From the human T2T-CHM13v2.0 reference genome, Homo sapiens: a stretch of DNA of 64,000 bases. A program made the position numbers and the translations under genes. Location of the stretch: assembly GCF_009914755.1 (NCBI RefSeq), contig NC_060947.1. The stretch is one strand, 5' to 3'. Under the pieces are notes generated by a model. That model did not search any database and was not told the origin of the DNA. It saw only the letters and a list, made by a program, of their open reading frames with translations. Positions within the stretch are counted from its first letter, which is position 1. Every line of letters begins with the position of its first letter. Below are positions 57,471-64,000 of the stretch, in pieces.

Positions 57471-58010
57471 GTTGTTTCTGCTAAGCATGGCAGCTGGTAA
57501 TGTCTTTCTGGACTGGGATGTGACTTCAGCAGCAGTCAGCAGCCAGTCCATTTGTTGGGTATATGGATACCTCTCCCTATCTAATGATAATAATATGCCT
57601 CCGAATAGTCTGCCTTTCTCCTTACATAGCTGGGGTAACTGCTTCTACAGCACCAATAATGCAACCCAGGTTCACTGGGGATTGCCTCTCTCTAGAAGCC
57701 CAATCATAAACTCCATGGAGACTCAACATCATGTGCTCTTATAGGTGCTACCTACTGCACCTATATCCCTAATAAAGAAAATAACATCACAGATGCTTTA
57801 AATCATTTGTTAACTCAGATCCATAATATAGCCCAGTTAGTTTTCTTTGACTAATTCTCAAATTGGCTGCATACTTTACCTACTCATTGGAGTTATGTTT
57901 TGCTAATAGGCATCATAATTATAGTTAGCTTCTGATTTTTATGCTGTTATGTATACTGTGGATGTGCTCTATAAACAGAAGCTATGGCCATACATTATGG
58001 ACCCGTATAG
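57471..58010 (+). pseudogene. env: env relic of the same class III ERV (SU N-terminus fused to TM C-terminus)
   Basis: NVFLDW..SICWVYGYLSLS (decayed CWxC); CALIGATYCTYIP from 57732 (decayed CX6CC); hydrophobic WSYVLLIGIIIIVSF followed by a Cys-rich tail. Confidence 0.75.
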
Positions 58011-58089
58011 TTCTTCCCCTTGTGCCCTGCTCTGGGATTCTCATGAAAAATTTGTGGAGAGAAGGTAAGAGCTGGGGAATGGGGTAGAT

Positions 58090-58495
58090 TGTAGTATGAT
58101 GGGTCTCCCACCAGGTTACTTAATGGTGGATGCCCACTGCCCGAACCCTGAAGGCCAGGTGATAAGTCAAGGCCATTGTGCCCAGCTGAAGAAGAGGTGT
58201 CCCTGAGAATCTAGACATCTCAGAGAGAATCTGAGAATCTATCAAGAACAGTCCCATCACATACACACACAGTAGGCAAAGAGCCAGAAAATTAGTTTCT
58301 AAGCAGCTTATGGATGGGAAAAGGCATGCATCTCTAAAGCTGTCCTGTTGCCATCCAGGGGTGCCTCATATGTAAGTCCTAATAAACTCATCTACTCACC
58401 AAGATGGACTTGTCCGAGTCATTCGTTGGTCTCTCAGCTCCCTCTTGGTTTGGGAGAAGGATTTTTAAATATGATTCAGGGTTTTTCTTACCGCA
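58090..58495 (+). mobile_element. 3' LTR of the class III ERV (LTR47-like; name tentative)
   Basis: Purine tract 'ggggaatggggtagat' then TG start; AATAAA at 58381; ends in CA. Confidence 0.75.
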
Positions 58496-58519
58496 TAAAA
58501 TATGAAAGAACGTTCAAGT

Positions 58520-58690
58520 AAGTCACAGTGAATAGTGCTTCTGAACGATATTCATATCCTAATTCCCAGAACCTATGAATATTTTACTTTGCAGGAATAA
58601 AACGGATTTAGCAGATGTATGTTAAGAATCTTGACATGGAGCAATTATCCTGGACTACTTGATTGGGCGTAATACAAAGATTCTTAAAAT
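58520..58690 (+). mobile_element. MLT1 (MaLR) LTR 5' fragment
   Basis: 'atcctaattcccagaacctatgaatat..gcagatg..ttaagaatcttgacatgg..attatcctggact'. Confidence 0.75.
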
Positions 58691-59360
58691 ATATATTTGA
58701 GCATTTTCATAAAATATTTGAAGAAATAGGTTAAAAGAACAAGCCAAGAAAATGTAGAAGAAAGGAAATAATACATAGCAGAAATGAAATTGAAAACAAA
58801 AAATACTATGGAGATGAAAAATTGAACTAAAATAACAAAGAATTAAATGATAAGGAATAAAAAATAATATTAAAAATGGGATATAACAACAGATGGAGTA
58901 AAAACAACCAAGAATATATCAAATTATCTTGGAAAATTTTATGTTAAATATTTGACAACTTGTATGATACAATGGTATTTTCTAGAAAAATGGTAAAATT
59001 ATCTCAGAGATAGAATATTATGAGTTTTCCAGTAATCACAAAAGATATTCAATCAGAAGTTACAATCTAGAACAAAAATATAACAAAATAAAAACAAAAA
59101 AAGAGAAGCTAACAAACCTCAATATGATATGACACATTAACAGAATAAAGAATAAAATCATATAATTTTCACAATGGATACAGAAAAGTTATTTGACAAA
59201 ATTTAACTGTTTCATGATAATGATGATCAACAAACTATGTATAGCAGAAATATATCTCAACATTAAAAGGCAATATATGTTAACTCCACAGCTAACATTA
59301 CACTCAATGATAAATGAAACCTTTTTCTCTAAGATCAGAAACAAGACAAGGATGCCCAAC
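58691..59360 (+). mobile_element. Old L1M ORF2 fragments
   Basis: A-rich decayed ORF2, ending 'tctctaagatcagaaacaagacaaggatgccc'. Confidence 0.7.
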
Positions 59361-60298
59361 TGCATCGAAAAAGCAAAGTCAAAGTGTTTTCTTCTATTTT
59401 CTCACTCAACAATAATCTACACAGAAGAGTTCTGTGACAAAGTGTTTGGGATTTCTTTTCCCACACACCAAGCAAGAAATCAGTTCTGCAGGGGACACCA
59501 GGTAGATGTCCACCAATTTAATTCTGATGCTATCTACCTGGAAATGGCATCAGATTCCACGGGTTGAGGGCTCAGTCCTACAAGACTGCTGCCCCTTTAA
59601 ACACTAATCAGAAGTCCAGGCTTCTGGAGCTTCTGACCAACCACCTTCAAGTTGGAGTGTCCACAAACCTCTCTTTGGGTTTTATTAATTTGCTAGAGTG
59701 ACTTACAAAACTCAGGGAAACACATTTAGCAGTTTATTATAAAAAATATAAAGAATACAGATGAAGAGATGCATAGTGAGAGGAAATAGGAAGGGGGCAT
59801 GGAGCTTACATGCCCTCCTTGGGTATGCCACCCTCCAGGAACTTTTAAGTGTTCAGCTCTCCAGAAGCTCTCAAATTCAGTCTTCTTAGATTTTTATGAA
59901 AGCTTCATTATCTAGGCATGATTGATTAAATCATTGGCCATTGGTGATCTGTGTAATCTTCGGCCCTTCTCCCCTTCCCCATGATAGAGGGGTCGGACTG
60001 AAAATGTATCCCTCTGCCCACACACCTGGTTCTCCTGGCTAGTCCCCTCATCCTGTGCTTTCTAGAGTCTTTCCAAAAATTGCCTGGTAAGCTCAGGTGT
60101 GGTGGAAAGGGTTTGTTATAAAAGACTGTCTTTCACCTTTATCTTTCAGGAGATACTTCAGGAATCAAGGACAAAAGGTCAAATACTTTAACAAAAGATA
60201 CCCTTATTGTTCTAGTCACTCAGCAAACAACAAGGCTAACAGGAGCTGAGAACTAGCAATCTTGGATGAAAAACAAATTTATCCATTATATTATCACA
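59361..60298 (-). mobile_element. MER21-type LTR inserted in L1
   Basis: 'ctatctacctgga..gcatcagattccac..ttgagggctcagtcc', 'ctcagggaaaca'; the minus strand starts 'tgtgataatat'. L1 is colinear across it. Confidence 0.85.
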
Positions 60299-61770
60299 GC
60301 ATTCTTACCACTTCCATTCAACATTGTACTGGAAGTCTTAGAGGATTTAGGCAAAGAAAAAAAAATAAAATTAATCCAAACCAGAAAGGAAGAAGTAAAA
60401 ATATCTCTGTATGCAGATGACATATGTAGAAAACTCTAAACACTACAGAAAAATACTATTAAAACTCATAAACTAATTCAGCAAAATTATAAGATAAAAT
60501 CAACACACAAAAATCAGTTGTGTTTCTGTAAACTAATAACCTTTTGAGAAGAAAATTTTTTAATAAACAAAGCCATTTATAACAACTCTCCCAAAAATAT
60601 TACTTAAAAATAAACTTAACCAAGGAGGTGAACAATATTTATCCTTAAAACTGTAAAACCTTGATGAAAGAAATTAAAGTAGATAAGACAGAAATAATAC
60701 AGAAAAGACATTTGACAAAATTTAACTTTTTTATGATAATGATAACCAACAAACTAGGTATAGCAGGAATATATCTCAACATAAAAAGGCAATATATGTT
60801 AACTCCACAGCTAACATTATACTCAATGATAAAAATTGAAACCTGTTTCTCTAAGATCAGAAACAAGACAAGGATGCCAAACTGTGTGGAAAAAACAAAG
60901 TCAAATAAAAATCCTGTGTTCATGGATTGGAAGACTTAATGTTGCTAAAATGTCCATCCTACCCAGAAAGCTCTACAGAATCGATGCAGTTCCCATCAAA
61001 ATCTCAATGGTATTTTTTACAAAAATAGAAAAACAATTCTAAAACTCATATGAAATCACAAAAGACCACCAATACCAAAATCACTCTTGAGAAAGAATAA
61101 AATTGAAGGCATCACATTTCCTGATTCCAAGATATGTTACAGAGCTACAGCAACTAAAAAAGTAAAGAATTGACATAAAGACAAAGATATAGATCAATGC
61201 AACATAATAGAAAGTCCAGAAATAAATTTACATGTATATGTTCGACTGATCTTTGACAAGAGTCTCTAAAATACAAAATAGACAAGGGTAATCTCTTCAA
61301 TAAATAATGCCAGATAAAATGGATTTCCACATGAAAATAAAATAATAAGATTAGACCCCTACATTACATTATATACAAAAATCAACTCAAAGTGAATTAA
61401 AGGCCTAGAAGAAAACATAGGAAGAACTTCTTGACATTTGTCTTGACAATGATTTCTTGAATATGACACCAAGAGCACAGGCAACAGAAGCAAAAATAAT
61501 TAAATGTGGCTATTACAAACTAATAAGCTTCTGCAAGCAAATAAAACAATCAACCGAATAAAAAGTCAACCTATGGAATGGGAAAAAAATTTGAAAACTA
61601 TATTATCTGATAAAAGGTTAATTTCCAAAATATGTAAATAGCTTATACAACTCAATAGCAAATAATCATAATAATAGCCTAATTAAAAAATGGGGAAAGT
61701 ATTGGAACAGACATTTCCTCAAAGTGGACATACAAATGGCCAATATGTATATGGAAAATTGCTCAAATTA
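60299..61770 (+). mobile_element. L1M ORF2 continuation
   Basis: 'ccacttccattcaacattgtactggaagtc', 'tgcagatgacat', ORF 60836-61042 (ILCSWIGRLNVAKMSILP). Confidence 0.85.
60697..60905 (+). repeat. Dispersed local duplicate of 59178-59383
   Basis: Direct alignment by eye; ORFs 59193 and 60661 share the peptide IYLNIKRQYMLTPQLTL..FSKIRNKTRMPNC. Confidence 0.92.
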
Positions 61771-62109
61771 TTAATTATTTTAGGGCATAATTATTAAAGG
61801 AAAAATTATATTTTTGGTGATATTACAAATCACATTTTCAATTTTTTTATTGAATATTGATTGTATGTTCTTAAAAAGACAAATTCTCTGATTCGTCAGA
61901 CTTTAATAATTAATATAATTTTTGAATGCCATAGAAAATATATGAAGAACTTTACTGAAGAGGAAGGATTTTCAATATACATTGTTAAGAACACAAACCG
62001 TAGTACGTTTTGAATTGGATAAAATGTGTACGTAATTAAGTATAAACACTGTCAATGAACACACACAATGATATACACAAGACTATATATTACGTATGTA
62101 AACACATCT

Positions 62110-62510
62110 ATTGACATGCCCCAAATGCATGATAAATCATCAGACAAACCCAAATTGAGGAAATGTCTTCAATATGACTGATAAGGATGGCAGGGGTGGG
62201 GAACAGATAAGCAGAAATTAAGGAAACATGGCAAAATATTTAATACAGTATACTTGAAGAAATCATGGACCAGGAAAAACGCACATGAATTGGGAATTTG
62301 AGTAAGGTTTATAGCTTAGTTATTAGTACTACAGCAATGTTTCCTAGTTTGATCATAGTTTTTCCTTACATAAAAACTATTTCTGTAAGATACTTACATT
62401 TGTTTAAACAGGTTAAGGGTTCATTGGGAATCTAATGCTACTTTTTTTTTTTTTTTTTTTACCTTTTCTGTAAGTCTCTGTGTAATCCAAATAAAAAGGT
62501 GACAAATAAA
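62110..62510 (+). mobile_element. L1MC/ME-type 3'UTR remnant
   Basis: 'catcagacaaacccaaattgagg', 'ttttctgtaagtct..ccaaataaaaag'. Confidence 0.6.
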
Positions 62511-63454
62511 AACTTACGTTCTTCTTCACTTATATTTCTTTTCTATATTTTCTTCAGCTTAAGAGTAATTTTCTACAGTTATTTTAACAGAGGAGACAAT
62601 AAAAATCAAATTCAAGTAAAGAGTTAAGTGTACACATGAATTGTTAAGACGCCTTTAGAAATTGAATTAACTTAGTAGCTCTTTTATATATGTTGTATTT
62701 TTGGTTTTCCATCTCTTTGGAAATAATATTTAATAAATGATTTAAAAATGTATTCATTTTTAAAAGTGCTATCAAAGCAATAAGTATCAATTTTGCTTAT
62801 CTCATACAAAGAAAGCATTATTTATAATGAAGAAGGTAATTTTATTCCTGTCTTATACCTAGCACACAGTACTAAATACTACAACATTTAATATCCAAAC
62901 ACTGGTTTTAAATAAGCAGTACATTTTTCTTGTTGGATGCTAAATCATGTTATCAGCTCATGTTCAACTTTAGCAATAAATAATTCTTTTTAGTAAAAGT
63001 CTCATTGTGTAGATTTTCCAGATCATATAAATATTTCTTAAGCCACATAAAATTCAGTGCATGAGATTAGGTTCTAAAGCATATCGAATATGTATAAGCC
63101 ATCAACCAACTTTTAAAATAGCTTACTTATTTTAAAAAGAGTTTATACTAGAATCAGACTATTGAAGAATGAAAATACTGCATCACAGAGAGCATATAAT
63201 TGAATTAAATTTGTTTCCTAGATTGTATGATACCCAGTGTAAACGTTATGCTGATCAAGAACAACAGAAATCAATGTTGGATAGTATTATCTTGGGAAGT
63301 ATACTAGAACCATGGAGACATAGATTAGCCTAAAAGGTCAATATAATTCAGACACTATTGAAAAGATATTTAACAACATGTCTGTCCTGTATTAGTGGTG
63401 AGCAGGGACTTTGAGGACAGTAAATAGTAAAGTTTCTATTCAATAATTTGTCTT

Positions 63455-63565
63455 TAGTTACTTGTCCATCCTTGGGCAAGTCGCCTAGCACTTTACAGTC
63501 CACTTCCTCTCCTCTAAATGTGAGGAGTAACTTACAAATATTTTAAGTTCTAATATTTTCTGCTT
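63455..63565 (+). mobile_element. MIR (MIR3/MIRc-like) core
   Basis: 'ccttgggcaagtcgcct..ttcctctcctctaaatg'. Confidence 0.55.
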
Positions 63566-63577
63566 TTTAAAATAGAA

Positions 63578-64000
63578 TTTATTTTTATAGATATTTTAGG
63601 TTCAAAGAAAGATTGAATAGAAAGTATAAGGAGTTCCCATATACTCTCTGCCCACCTGTACCCCCATATGCACAGTCTCTGTCACTATTGACCTCCCCCA
63701 CCAAAATGGTGTATTTCTTACAATTGATGAACCTACATTGATACATCAGTATTCCAAAAGTCCATAGTTAACATCAGGTTCAGTCTTAGTGTTGTATATT
63801 ATATGGGTTTTGGCAAATGTATAATACAGGTGTCTACCATTTTAGTATCATACAGAATATTTTCACTGCCCTAATATTCTGTTCATTTCTTCCTCCCAAC
63901 CCCTAGCAACCACTGATCTTTTTACTGCCTTTATAGTTTTGCCTTTTCCAGAATGTCATAAAGTTGAAATCATACAAGGGGTAGCCTTTTCAGATTTAGT
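63578..64000 (-). mobile_element. L1MC-type 3' end; runs off the window
   Basis: 'ttttaggttca..gagttcccatatac..caattgatgaacctacattgatacatc..ttgccttttccagaatgtcata'. Confidence 0.85.

Overview
AT-rich primate (human-like) genomic DNA made mostly of decayed transposable elements; I cannot assign the locus. No intact host protein-coding gene, RNA gene or CRISPR array is supported, and nearly all ORF-track entries are fragments of L1, Alu, ERV or Tigger sequence, or chance ORFs. Main elements: a two-LTR MER57-type ERV1 provirus (9533-16723); a deleted HERV-L/MLT2A provirus (minus, 17221-21213); solo LTRs with target-site duplications (TSDs) (MER50, LTR3, MER11); a full-length Tigger1 (50933-53649); a class III ERV 3' half with pol, an env relic and an LTR (56081-58495); many nested L1s, two with twin-priming-type 5' inversions; and about a dozen Alus. 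The best second-look items are a 51-bp young L1HS/L1PA2-type tail with a perfect TSD, a duplicated polypurine tract with a foreign LTR relic inside the MER57 provirus, four fold-back micro-inversions, a ~210-bp templated duplication spanning an L1/LTR junction, and DUX4-type motifs in the MLT2A LTR. I found no support for a previously undescribed biological system. Subfamily names come from recalled consensus sequences and need Dfam/RepeatMasker confirmation. Boundaries without TSDs are approximate.
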